A DNA stretch of 64,000 nucleotides, taken from the NCBI GenBank assembly GCA_002724555.1, contig PBOZ01000059.1, forward strand, positions 66,414 to 130,413, in the 5' to 3' direction. Position 1 is the stretch's first letter. Each line of letters starts with the position of its first letter. Under the pieces are notes generated by a model. That model was not told the DNA's origin and made no database searches. It worked only from the letters and a program-made list of their open reading frames with translations. This stretch comes from Rickettsiales bacterium. GTDB taxonomy: Bacteria > Pseudomonadota > Alphaproteobacteria > UBA8366. This document shows, in pieces, positions 36,404 through 45,732 of the stretch. Made by a program: the position numbers and the translations under genes.

Positions 36404-37792
36404 ATGACGGAAGACATTGCAGCCTTTGCTTATCTAATTTCGAGCGTTTTATTCATTATGGCGTTACGCGGTCTTTCATCGCCAGAGACGGCGCGGTTAG
36501 GCAATATCTTCGGTATCGTTGGCATGCTGATTGCTGTTGTTACGACCTTGGTTACACCAGGGGTCGTCAGCTATTGGATGATTTTTCTGGGTATATTGAT
36601 CGGCGGCGCTATAGGAACGGTCATTGCTTGGAAAATCGAGATGACCGCGTTGCCGGAACTGGTGGCGGCATTTCACAGTTTGGTCGGGTTAGCGGCAGTG
36701 TGCGTTGCCGCAGCGGCGTTTTTTGAGCCGGCTGCCTACGGCATCGGTACGCCAGGAAAAATCGGTGTAGCAAGTTTGATCGAAATGAGTATCGGCACTG
36801 CCATTGGTGCTATCACTTTTACCGGTTCAATCATTGCCTTTGCAAAACTGCAGGGGGTCATGAGTGGGGCGCCGATAGTCTTTCCGGGCCAGCATGCGCT
36901 GAATGCATTATTGGGCCTTTTGATGGTCGCTTTGGTTGCCTGGTTCTGCGATGCTCAGACGGGCCTGCTATTTTGGTCCATCGCAATTCTTGCCTTTGTC
37001 ATTGGTATTTTGATAATCATACCAATTGGCGGCGCCGATATGCCTGTCGTAATTTCAATGCTAAACAGCTATTCGGGTTGGGCGGCATGCGGTATTGGTT
37101 TCACCTTGTCGAATATCGCCTTGATCGTGACGGGTGCCCTTGTCGGTTCGTCGGGCGCCATCCTCAGCTACATTATGTGCAAGGGGATGAACCGGTCCTT
37201 CTTCAACGTGATTTTGGGCGGCTTCGGCGGGGAGGCTGCAAAGCCAAATGAGGATAGAGGTGATCAGACAGTCCGCTCGGGCAGCGCGGAAGACGCGGCT
37301 TTCATCTTAAAGAACGCTGGTAGCGTGATTATTGTGCCCGGCTACGGAATGGCGGTCGCACAGGCACAGCATGCGTTGCGGGAAATGGCTGGCCTATTGA
37401 AAAATGAGGGCATTCGCGTCCGCTACGCCATTCACCCAGTTGCCGGTCGTATGCCAGGTCACATGAATGTCCTCTTGGCTGAGGCTAACGTATCTTATGA
37501 CGAGGTCGAGGAGCTGGACGAAATAAACCGCGATTTCGCTTCGACAGATGTGTCTTTTGTAATCGGGGCCAATGATGTGACTAACCCTGCCGCTAAGACC
37601 GACCCACAAAGTGCAATTTATGGAATGCCAGTTTTGAATGTTGAAGAGGCTAGAACCGTGTTATTTGTTAAACGTTCTCTTGGTTCGGGTTATGCAGGTA
37701 TAGATAACCCCCTATTCTACCAGGATGACACGATGATGCTTTTCGCTGACGCGAAAGCGATGTGCGAAGATATTGTAAAGGCGCTTGAGTAG
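36404..37792 (+). CDS. pntB: NAD(P) transhydrogenase subunit beta
   Basis: ATG 36404 with an AGGAG SD. It has a membrane N-domain and a dIII domain (VIIVPGYGMAVAQAQH...HPVAGRMPGHMNVLLAEA). Confidence 0.93.
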   Translation: MTEDIAAFAYLISSVLFIMALRGLSSPETARLGNIFGIVGMLIAVVTTLVTPGVVSYWMIFLGILIGGAIGTVIAWKIEMTALPELVAAFHSLVGLAAVCVAAAAFFEPAAYGIGTPGKIGVASLIEMSIGTAIGAITFTGSIIAFAKLQGVMSGAPIVFPGQHALNALLGLLMVALVAWFCDAQTGLLFWSIAILAFVIGILIIIPIGGADMPVVISMLNSYSGWAACGIGFTLSNIALIVTGALVGSSGAILSYIMCKGMNRSFFNVILGGFGGEAAKPNEDRGDQTVRSGSAEDAAFILKNAGSVIIVPGYGMAVAQAQHALREMAGLLKNEGIRVRYAIHPVAGRMPGHMNVLLAEANVSYDEVEELDEINRDFASTDVSFVIGANDVTNPAAKTDPQSAIYGMPVLNVEEARTVLFVKRSLGSGYAGIDNPLFYQDDTMMLFADAKAMCEDIVKALE

Positions 37793-37793
37793 A

Positions 37794-37826
37794 ACGAAAA
37801 ACACCCGCTTGGCTGGGCCGCGGGCA
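37794..37826 (-). terminator. Candidate Rho-independent terminator of rpsU
   Basis: Minus strand reads GCCCGC-GGCCCAGCCAA-GCGGGT followed by GTTTTTCG. It begins about 30 nt after the rpsU stop and sits between convergent pntB and rpsU. Confidence 0.5.
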
Positions 37827-37854
37827 TCTTCAATCAGCGCTGTACGAGTGGTAT

Positions 37855-38085
37855 TTAGAAACCTTCGCGCTCTAACCTCTTGCGAACAAGCTTGCGATGG
37901 CGCCGGACTGCCTCGGCTTTCTCTCTTGCTTTACGTTCTGACGGTTTTTCGTAGGAGCGGCGCAACTTCATCTCACGAAATACGCCCTCGCGCTGCATTT
38001 TCTTTTTCAGCGCCTTCAGGGCCTGGTCGACATTGTTGTCGCGGACTGTAACGTGAACGATGGTACTTCTCCTGTCTATCAACAA
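37855..38085 (-). CDS. rpsU: 30S ribosomal protein S21
   Basis: [67 protein letters not shown] is a textbook S21. The 5' end is ambiguous. The only NTG in frame is TTG 38085, which has no SD. An in-frame AGGAGA sits 6 nt before ATC 38061. Confidence 0.92.
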   Translation of the reverse strand: MLIDRRSTIVHVTVRDNNVDQALKALKKKMQREGVFREMKLRRSYEKPSERKAREKAEAVRRHRKLVRKRLEREGF

Positions 38086-38191
38086 CTAATTAGATTACTT
38101 AAAGTTTGCGGCTTATATCATAGGGAAATTCCCTTGTGAAGGGGTGTTTGGGCCACTTTAACAACAATGTCACTTAGATTATGTTGTGTTC

Positions 38192-38740
38192 ATGGCTATT
38201 TTAAAAATTGCTAAAATGGGTCATCCAATACTTCGGCAGTCTGCTGAGGAAGTGTTAGACCCAACGGCAGACAAAATTCGACGCCTGGTCCAGGACATGG
38301 TCGATACGATGCAAGACGCGGACGGGGCAGGTTTGGCGGCGCCGCAAGTGCATGTACCCCTTCGTGTTGTTGTCTTTCATGTCCCGGCGGAACGTGATGA
38401 GAAGAATCCGGAACCAGTGCCACTTAGTGTGCTGGTCAATCCAATTGTGGAACCGTTGACGGAAGAAAACGAAGTCGATTGGGAGGGTTGTTTGTCGGTT
38501 CCCGGTATGATGGGTGCTGTTCCGCGTTTTACTAAAGTGCGCTATCGGGCGTTAACGCTGGACGGCGAAACAATCAACCGGGTTGCAGAAGGTTTTCACG
38601 CAAGAGTTGTGCAGCACGAATGCGACCATCTGGATGGCGTTCTCTACCCGCAGCGGATGAATGATCTTTCATTATTAATGTTTAGTGATCAACTCCGGTA
38701 TCACGGTGATGTAAATTTGGATGAGGCGGCAACATCGTGA
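38192..38740 (+). CDS. def: Peptide deformylase
   Basis: All three PDF motifs are present: GAGLAAPQV, EGCLSVPG and HECDHLDG. Confidence 0.93.
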   Translation: MAILKIAKMGHPILRQSAEEVLDPTADKIRRLVQDMVDTMQDADGAGLAAPQVHVPLRVVVFHVPAERDEKNPEPVPLSVLVNPIVEPLTEENEVDWEGCLSVPGMMGAVPRFTKVRYRALTLDGETINRVAEGFHARVVQHECDHLDGVLYPQRMNDLSLLMFSDQLRYHGDVNLDEAATS

Positions 38741-39354
38741 ATGTTGAAGATCATAGGTTGGAATTAATGCGCGCATGCGTTCGTCATGTGACATTCGACG
38801 GGTGGTCTGAACGGGCGCTGAAAGCTGGCGCGAAAGACGTCGGTATGGCGGTCGAGACCGCAAAGACGTTTTTTCCAAATACCGGGCACGATCTTGTGAC
38901 GTTGCATTGCCAGAACGCTGATGCAGAGGCTTTAGATTGTCTTGGGAATCAGGACTTAACCTCGATGCGGGTCCGAGAGCGGGTTACTATGGCCATCCGT
39001 ACTAGAATCGAAATCGTCCGAGGGGATCGGGAAGCGGTACGTCAGGCGCTTTCAATGTTTACATTGCCTGGTAACGCGACGCTTGGTGCCCGGTTGTTGT
39101 TTGGCACGGTCGATAGGCTTTGGCGTGCGGCAGGGGACACGTCTACCGATTGGAACTATTATTCAAAACGCGGTTTGTTGGCGGGTGTATACGGGTCGAC
39201 AGTTTTGTATTGGTTGCAGGACAACTCCGAGGATTTTGTGGATAGCTGGCTGTTTCTCGATCGCCGGATCGCCGATGTCATGAAGGTTCCAAAGATAATT
39301 GGCTCCATCACAAAGGTATTTTCACCACTTCGGCGACGGGGTTTTCGGCAGTAG
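38737..39354 (+). CDS. COQ9-like / 'rpsU-divergently transcribed' family protein
   Basis: 205 aa. GTGA overlap with the def stop. The N-terminus LMRACVRHVTFDGWSERALKAGAKDVGM and the location next to rpsU fit the bacterial COQ9 family. Confidence 0.7.
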   Translation: MNVEDHRLELMRACVRHVTFDGWSERALKAGAKDVGMAVETAKTFFPNTGHDLVTLHCQNADAEALDCLGNQDLTSMRVRERVTMAIRTRIEIVRGDREAVRQALSMFTLPGNATLGARLLFGTVDRLWRAAGDTSTDWNYYSKRGLLAGVYGSTVLYWLQDNSEDFVDSWLFLDRRIADVMKVPKIIGSITKVFSPLRRRGFRQ

Positions 39355-39582
39355 ATCATCCGGACGCGACTGGATTGAGGCAGCGGCTGCTGGCGTGCTT
39401 GCGCATAATTCATATAATCAGTTTTGTTGGTTAACCCGGGACGATGGTTGCCGAAGAAACACAATCGTTCGATTTATTTCGTATAGTGTGACAATGTGAT
39501 TCGGGTATCTGCCTATATGATTTTCAGATACTTGGCCGAAATTGTCCTGCATGAACGCGGCAAGGCGGATGTCTTTGGTCGC

Positions 39583-39783
39583 TTAGGCAATAATATCGGG
39601 TAGCAGTTGATCCTCGAGGAATGCTATCTGATCCTTCAGAATAAGTTTCCTTTTCTTAAGTCGTTGAATCATCAGCTGATCGAAAGGTGGCTCTTCGGCT
39701 ATTCGTGAAATCGCTCGGTCGAGATCACTGTGTTCGGATTTCAGCATCTCAATTTGGTGTCTTATTTCTTGGTTCCGATCCAT
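39583..39783 (-). CDS. DUF465 (YdcH-like) family protein
   Basis: 66 aa. LKSEHSDLDRAISRI...QRLKKRKLILKDQIAFLE matches the DUF465 pattern. Confidence 0.8.
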   Translation of the reverse strand: MDRNQEIRHQIEMLKSEHSDLDRAISRIAEEPPFDQLMIQRLKKRKLILKDQIAFLEDQLLPDIIA

Positions 39784-40076
39784 TATTCAAGTTATTCAAA
39801 AATTCACTGTCGACAGTATCGATAAATTACCATCCATTTACCTTGCTGGAATTAGCATGTAAGGCCGTTTAGAGAAAGTATAGCGATGGAGCGGGTTTTT
39901 TTTAATTTTGTTGCTTGGGCGTATACCCAGCTTGGGGTGGTCGCGTTGAGATGGGCTGAGAGACCACTGCCTGCACAATATGCGTACCGTTTCGTTTGCG
40001 ACTCAGATTTTGTTAACCTAAATGGTCTTATTCTGGTAATGGCGTGTGGATTAGGCATAGCCTTGGGAGAAGCCTG

Positions 40077-40580
40077 ATGCGTGATGCGGTAGATGAATTT
40101 TGGTGTTTCTCACTCGCGCTCTACGAGCGACCGGGAATAGCCGATATTTTAAATAAAATGCAAGACGAAGATGGTGTCGACGTCAATTTGACCCTTTTTC
40201 TCTGCTGGTGCGGTGCTGCGGGCCGCACGCCTCTAGATCGGAAGCAATTGACATCAGTGATGGAAAGTATCGCTAATTGGCAGTCGGATGTGACTGTTGC
40301 ACTGAGGCAGATCCGCCGTCGGATGAAGGGGGGAATTGCTGGTGTCGCCCTCTGCGACTCAGGGCCTCTACGGGAGAAGATCAAAAGTCTAGAACTGGCA
40401 AGTGAGCGAATAGCACAGCGTGTTCTCGCCGGAAAAGCGCCGCCTGCAAGCCGCGTTGGAGGTTCAGCAGACGTGATAGTGTTATTGAAGATGTATTTTA
40501 AAATGCTTAACTTGCCAGATTCCTTGCGGGTTCGTGCGGCGATTGAGCGTTTAGCCGAGGCCTGCATTCTTGAGAACTAA
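40077..40580 (+). CDS. TIGR02444/DUF2390 family protein
   Basis: FWCFSLALYERPGIADILNKMQDEDGVDVNLTLFLCWCG is typical of DUF2390. ATG 40077 has a GGGAGA SD. Confidence 0.75.
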   Translation: MRDAVDEFWCFSLALYERPGIADILNKMQDEDGVDVNLTLFLCWCGAAGRTPLDRKQLTSVMESIANWQSDVTVALRQIRRRMKGGIAGVALCDSGPLREKIKSLELASERIAQRVLAGKAPPASRVGGSADVIVLLKMYFKMLNLPDSLRVRAAIERLAEACILEN

Positions 40581-40745
40581 AATGCAAAGTTGTTATGTAA
40601 AGTTTGTCACTTCAGGGTGACACGGGAGAGAGTTCGCGGTACAGTGAATTTACGCTGTAAAGTGTCGGTCGCCGAGTTGCGAAAGACGAAAGATCGCGCA
40701 GGCTCCCGAAGTTCGACAGTGCGCTAAGCAATAGGGAGTTTGAAT

Positions 40746-40913
40746 ATGTCAGTTACGGATCACATCACAGCCCTCGAACAAAAGCATGCTGAACTCGAGA
40801 CGGAACTTAATGCTGAAAACAGCCGTCCGTTGCCGAATATGTGGGCACTTGTTGATCTAAAACGGCAAAAGCTAGCCATAAAAGATGCGATAGCAAAACT
40901 CCACAACAGCTAA
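40746..40913 (+). CDS. DUF465 (YdcH-like) family protein (55 aa, below the ORF-track cutoff)
   Basis: Translated by hand as MSVTDHITALEQKHAELETELNAENSRPLPNMWALVDLKRQKLAIKDAIAKLHNS. An AGGGAG SD sits 7 nt upstream. Same family pattern as 39583-39783. Confidence 0.78.
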   Translation: MSVTDHITALEQKHAELETELNAENSRPLPNMWALVDLKRQKLAIKDAIAKLHNS

Positions 40914-41047
40914 TGTGATCAATCGGGCTGTCAAAGCCGGGTCGTCGTACTATCTGCAATTTTGACACCGCGTTTCAGCGTGGTGGTTACTAGTTTAAAT
41001 AAAGAGAATCCCCAACCTAACATTATAAAAATACGGAGAAGAGACGC

Positions 41048-41722
41048 ATGCTGAGCGTCGACGAAGCTATTACGAGCCGCAGGTCTGTGCGTGCATACAA
41101 GCCAGACCCGGTGCCGCAGGAAACGATATCCCATATCCTTGAAGTTGCTAGCCGGGCTCCGAGCGGTACAAATATGCAGCCCTGGCACGTTCATGTTTTT
41201 TCCGGCAATGGGTTGAAGGCGCTGACGGAATCCGTTCTCGATGCTTTCTGGAACGAACCGGAAGCGCATCAAAGCGATCGCCAGCACTATCTTGAAAATA
41301 TTCGTGACCCTTATCTCGCAAGGCGTCGCAAAGTGGGATGGGATCTATATGGCCTTCTCGGAATCGGTAAGGGTGAACGTGAAAAAACCCGCGCTTTCCA
41401 TGCTCAGAATTATATGTTTTTCAACGCTCCGGTTGGGATTATTTTTACAATTGACCGGGATATGGGATGGATGAGTTGGCTAGATTACGGCATGTTCATC
41501 CAAAATATTTGCATCGCGGCGCGTGGCCAAGGCCTTCATACATGTCCGCAGGCCGCATGGGCGACTTACCATGATGTTGTTGAAAAACACTTGGGGCTGC
41601 CGGATATACAACTAGTCCATTGTGGATTGAGTCTGGGCTATGAAGATACCGAGGCTGTTGTAAATTCTCTTGAGACTGTTCGTGAGCCAGTCAAAGAGTT
41701 TGTTACTTTCCATACGGAGTAG
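41048..41722 (+). CDS. Nitroreductase family protein
   Basis: 224 aa. Starts SRRSVRAYKPDPVPQETISHILEVASRAPSGTNMQPW. Confidence 0.88.
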   Translation: MLSVDEAITSRRSVRAYKPDPVPQETISHILEVASRAPSGTNMQPWHVHVFSGNGLKALTESVLDAFWNEPEAHQSDRQHYLENIRDPYLARRRKVGWDLYGLLGIGKGEREKTRAFHAQNYMFFNAPVGIIFTIDRDMGWMSWLDYGMFIQNICIAARGQGLHTCPQAAWATYHDVVEKHLGLPDIQLVHCGLSLGYEDTEAVVNSLETVREPVKEFVTFHTE

Positions 41723-41726
41723 ACAG

Positions 41727-42950
41727 ATGCCAGGACCTTTAGACGGTGTAAAAATCCTTGATTTGACGTCCGTTGGCTTCGGCCCATTCGCTGCACAAAT
41801 TCTTGGTGACTATGGCGCCGAGGTCATCAAGGTCGAAACTCATGAAGGCGATATTACGCGGGGCATCACACCCTTTGTAAATCAGGGAATGGGTCATTTC
41901 TTTGTCATGGCCAATCGGAACAAGCGCTGTGTCGTCTTGGACCTTAAGGCGGAGAAGGGTCGCAAGGCTTTTTTGAAGTTAGTAGAGTCGGCAGATGCGA
42001 TCATCTGTTCTGTACGTCCTGCCGCGATGGAACGCCTTGGTCTCGGCTATGAAGACTGCAAGGTAGTCAATAAAAAGATCGTATATGTCGCTTTAGTTGG
42101 CTTCGGCCAGTCGGGCCCCTATGCGAAGTTTCCGGCCTATGATGACATCATTCAGGGCGTCTCGGGAATGGCTGCTATGCAGGGTGGACGGGAAGGGCCA
42201 CCGAAATTTGTCAACGCATCGGTCTGCGATAAAATTTGTTCACAAATTGCTGCACATTCCATGATCGCAGCATTATTCAGCAGAGAGCGCACTGGTGAAG
42301 GTCAATTAGTGGAAGTGCCGATGTTCGAATCGATGGTCGGCTTCAATCTGGTGGAACATCACTCCGGTCAGGCGTTTGAGCCGCCACTGGGGCCGGCTGG
42401 TTACGAGCGTTCGATGGTTGAATATCGCAAGCCTTATGCAACGGCCGACGGTTATATTTGCGCGTTACCTTATAACACGAAACAATGGCGCTCTTTCTTC
42501 ACGCATATGGGACGTGAGGACATGATTGAGGATGCTCGTGTCAACGACCCAAAACTCCGCAGTGAGAAGATTGGTGAGCTCTATGAAATTGTTGCTGAGG
42601 TAGTTAAGGACTGGAAGACCGAAGATGCTCTGTTAACACTGGAGAAAGCCGATGTGCCACATGGCCGGGCAACTCCTCTCAGTGAGTTGCAGGATGATCC
42701 GCACATGAAGGCGGTGGAATTCTTCAAGGTCTACGATCATCCGACCGAAGGTAAGATTCGCCTTACGGACCCCCCGATCAAATTTTCGAGAACGCCTTCG
42801 GAAATTCGGATACTTCCTTCATGCTTGGGTGAACATAGTATTGAGGTCCTTCGTGAAGTTGGATTCAGCACTGCTGAAATCAGTGAAATGGTGGAGGAAG
42901 GTGTAACGATTGATGGCCGTCCCAAAGCTGATAAAGCGGCGGCGGAATAG
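41727..42950 (+). CDS. CoA-transferase family III (CaiB/BaiF)
   Basis: MPGPLDGVKILDLTSVGFGPFAAQILGDYGAEVIKVE is the hallmark N-terminus. About 408 aa. Confidence 0.9.
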   Translation: MPGPLDGVKILDLTSVGFGPFAAQILGDYGAEVIKVETHEGDITRGITPFVNQGMGHFFVMANRNKRCVVLDLKAEKGRKAFLKLVESADAIICSVRPAAMERLGLGYEDCKVVNKKIVYVALVGFGQSGPYAKFPAYDDIIQGVSGMAAMQGGREGPPKFVNASVCDKICSQIAAHSMIAALFSRERTGEGQLVEVPMFESMVGFNLVEHHSGQAFEPPLGPAGYERSMVEYRKPYATADGYICALPYNTKQWRSFFTHMGREDMIEDARVNDPKLRSEKIGELYEIVAEVVKDWKTEDALLTLEKADVPHGRATPLSELQDDPHMKAVEFFKVYDHPTEGKIRLTDPPIKFSRTPSEIRILPSCLGEHSIEVLREVGFSTAEISEMVEEGVTIDGRPKADKAAAE

Positions 42951-42957
42951 AAAAATT

Positions 42958-43770
42958 TTAGTGGTTTGCATTTGGAAAGAAGAGTTGGGTGCCGCCCGGC
43001 CGGAATTGCCGAATGGCGGCTTGGCCGCGTGGGCCAATAATCCAATCGATGAAGGCCTGTGCATCGCTGCCTTTTACTCGGAGATGTTTCGCAGGATTGA
43101 CAGCCGTGATGCCGTATTGATTGAGAAGAGCTATATCGCCTTCGATAAAGACTTTGTGATCACGCTTATTTCCAAAGCTAATCCACGTAGCGCGATCTGA
43201 TAGAATGTAAGCATTCATTTCGATGCCAATGTTGAGCGTCGCTCCCATGCCGGAGCCAGTTTCGCGATACCACTTACCGCTATCAGGTGCAGGGTTGATA
43301 TTGGCGAGCCCCCAAAGCGTTAGTTCTTTCTTGTGCGTTCCGGAGTCGTCGCCGCGAGAAGCAAAAATGGCACGGGTCTGGGCGATTTTTGTAAGGGCCG
43401 CCGCTGCAGAAGGTAGGCTGGCTATAGCTGCGGGATCGTCCGGCGGGCCAATTATGACGAAGTCGTTATACATAACGTCAAAGCGTTGCACGCCGTAGCC
43501 ATCGGCGACAAATTTTAGTTCAGCTTCTTTCGCGTGTACGAGCAAGACATCGCCATCGCCATTCTCTGCGTTTCGAATCGCTTGACCTGTGCCGACTGCA
43601 ACCACATGCACCCGAATTCCTGAATCCCTTTCAAATTTGGGCAGTATTTCTCGGTAAAGGCCAGAGTTTGCGGTTGAGGTCGTCGATTGCAGAATAATTG
43701 AACGGACCTGCGCTAAGGTATCTGAATTGCAGATAAGCACTAATACCGATGCGACAAGCAGTCTCTTCAT
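42958..43770 (-). CDS. tupA: Periplasmic oxyanion-binding protein, TupA-like (tungstate/molybdate class)
   Basis: 270 aa with a signal peptide. The motif LQSTTSTANSGL resembles the TupA anion-binding motif. ATGA overlap with the ATPase gene. Confidence 0.6.
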   Translation of the reverse strand: MKRLLVASVLVLICNSDTLAQVRSIILQSTTSTANSGLYREILPKFERDSGIRVHVVAVGTGQAIRNAENGDGDVLLVHAKEAELKFVADGYGVQRFDVMYNDFVIIGPPDDPAAIASLPSAAAALTKIAQTRAIFASRGDDSGTHKKELTLWGLANINPAPDSGKWYRETGSGMGATLNIGIEMNAYILSDRATWISFGNKRDHKVFIEGDIALLNQYGITAVNPAKHLRVKGSDAQAFIDWIIGPRGQAAIRQFRPGGTQLFFPNANH

Positions 43771-44492
43771 AGAACCAACCTGCCGGCCAAGAAATCTTTT
43801 GCTTGTTTAGATTTCGGAGCATTGAAGAATTGCGTGGCAGGCGTCTGTTCAATAATTCGCCCGCGATGCATGAAGATAATTTCATGGGCGAGACGCCTTG
43901 CCTGGCCAAGATCATGACTGACTAATACGATTTTGGTGCCGGCTTCGTGGGCTGCCTGTATGATCTTTTCGATGGCTGCGGTTGATGCGGGGTCGAGGTT
44001 AGCAGTCGGTTCATCCAAGAAGAGAATTGCCGGTTCTGTCGTCAGAGCACGGGCGAGTGCCAGCCTTTGTTGTTCTCCTCCTGAAAGAGATTTTGCTGGT
44101 TGGTCTGCCCTGTCCGCCAGATCGACCGCAGAAAGGGCCTTTTGTCGCTGATCGCGAGAAGCCACACCTCGAAGTTTTATTGCGAAATCGATATTTGCAG
44201 CTACGGACCTACGCAGCATAACAGGCCGCTGAAATACCATTGCTTGACGCTTGCGAATTGCGCCATTCATTGGGTTTTCACCCCATTTAATCGTCCCAGA
44301 TGCTGGTGAAATTAGTCCATGTAATAATCGGAGAAGCAGGCTCTTTCCAGCCCCATTGGGACCCATGATTACGCTAACGGAATTGGGTTTTAGATCCATG
44401 CTTAGGTCCGCTATGAGCGTCTGTCCCTTTTCAGAAGTAAAAGTCAGATTTTTCACGTAAGCTGGTAGCAGTGGAGACAGATGTTCAGCCAT
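43767..44492 (-). CDS. tupC: ABC transporter ATP-binding protein (TupC-like)
   Basis: Walker A GPNGAGKS, signature LSGGEQQR and Walker B ILFLDEPTANLD. It overlaps the permease stop by 8 nt. Confidence 0.85.
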   Translation of the reverse strand: MAEHLSPLLPAYVKNLTFTSEKGQTLIADLSMDLKPNSVSVIMGPNGAGKSLLLRLLHGLISPASGTIKWGENPMNGAIRKRQAMVFQRPVMLRRSVAANIDFAIKLRGVASRDQRQKALSAVDLADRADQPAKSLSGGEQQRLALARALTTEPAILFLDEPTANLDPASTAAIEKIIQAAHEAGTKIVLVSHDLGQARRLAHEIIFMHRGRIIEQTPATQFFNAPKSKQAKDFLAGRLVL

Positions 44493-45192
44493 TACTATAA
44501 TCCGCAGATGCGCCACGCAAAATAGTAACGCTGGCATTAACTGCTAGGGCTGTGACAATGAGGATCATTCCGAGTGCTAATGCGAGATCGAGATTGCCTT
44601 TTGATGTCTCGAGGGCGATTGCTGTTGTCATAACTCGGGTTAAGTGGTCAATGTTGCCTCCAACAATAATAACGGCTCCGACTTCTGCGATGGCTCGGCC
44701 AAAGCCAGCCAGTGCGACCGTTCCGAGACTGTGACGAGCGTCCCATAGCAAGGTAATTATAGCCGTTTTTAGAGGAACCGATAGCGAGCGGAATTGCTCT
44801 GCATATTCAGCATTCAAATCTTCGATGACCTGACGTGAAAGGGCAGCGACTATGGGGGCGACAAGAATTGTTTGTGCAATGATCATCGCACTCGGGGAAT
44901 AAAGGAGTTCCAGCCAACCCAACGGGCCGGTATTTGAAAGAAAGAGATATATGATCAGCCCGACAACCACAGGTGGTAACCCCATAAGCGCGCTGATGGT
45001 AACAATTAGAAAGTGGCGCCCTGGAAAATTTGTAATGGCAAGCGACGCGCCAATAGGCAAGCCAATTAAGCAAGCGATGGCGACCGCAGTTAGGCTGACC
45101 TGCATCGATAAGCCGACGATTTCAAATAAATCAGCATCAAGCGTCGTCACCAATTGGATTGCCTCCGCAACAGCGGAAATAAATTCCTGCAT
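44485..45192 (-). CDS. tupB: ABC transporter permease (TupB-like)
   Basis: 235 aa. BPD_transp_1-type membrane protein. First gene of a B-C-A operon. Confidence 0.8.
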   Translation of the reverse strand: MQEFISAVAEAIQLVTTLDADLFEIVGLSMQVSLTAVAIACLIGLPIGASLAITNFPGRHFLIVTISALMGLPPVVVGLIIYLFLSNTGPLGWLELLYSPSAMIIAQTILVAPIVAALSRQVIEDLNAEYAEQFRSLSVPLKTAIITLLWDARHSLGTVALAGFGRAIAEVGAVIIVGGNIDHLTRVMTTAIALETSKGNLDLALALGMILIVTALAVNASVTILRGASADYSNG

Positions 45193-45366
45193 TATTCAGG
45201 CTCCTAACCTGGGATACAGATCTGGAATCTGTCGCAAAAGTCTAAGGGTTTGCTATAGAAATCGTAAAAATGCAGTTAAATTCATAATTTTTCATTTCTA
45301 TATGGTTCATGTTTCGACTTTGCGCAAATGGATGATAATTCAATTCAGGCAACTAGAGGGTCTTTT

Positions 45367-45729
45367 ATGCTCGATAAATTAAAAGAACGAGTGAACGCCG
45401 ATGCGGCTTTGGTGCGGCGAGGACGGTGGGTTCGCCTAAGTTTCCTGCTTGGGATCGGCAACGACGATTATATTGTCACAATCGACGAGGGGCGCATTGC
45501 TGCCATTACGCCGCGCAAGCTTGAGACAATTTCGGGAGAATTTACTATCCGCGCGGCGCGCACAACTTGGGAAGAGCACTGGCGACCTTTGCCTAAGCGG
45601 GACTACCACGATATATGGAGCATGCTACCAAAGGGCCTGGCTAGGATTGATGGCAACCTCCTGCCACTCATGCAAAACTTACAATATTTTAAAGATGTTA
45701 TAGCGTCGCCGCGTGATCGAGAATCATAA
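45367..45729 (+). CDS. SCP2 sterol-binding-domain-like protein
   Basis: About 120 aa from ATG 45367, with a GAGGG SD. The layout is SCP2-like. The call is tentative. Confidence 0.5.
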   Translation: MLDKLKERVNADAALVRRGRWVRLSFLLGIGNDDYIVTIDEGRIAAITPRKLETISGEFTIRAARTTWEEHWRPLPKRDYHDIWSMLPKGLARIDGNLLPLMQNLQYFKDVIASPRDRES

Positions 45730-45732
45730 GAT

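Noticed and set aside
39886-39910. T8/T9 run after GGAGCGGG at about 39893-39903 as a plus-strand Rho-independent terminator or sRNA 3' end.
   Set aside because: No stable GC stem precedes the T-run, and no plus-strand gene lies upstream. The run falls inside the candidate 63-aa ORF (codons for VFF).
45193-45366. Possible Moco/Tuco riboswitch in the tupB leader.
   Set aside because: The region is AT-rich and lacks the GC-rich conserved stems I associate with the Moco RNA motif. I cannot exclude it without a covariance-model search.
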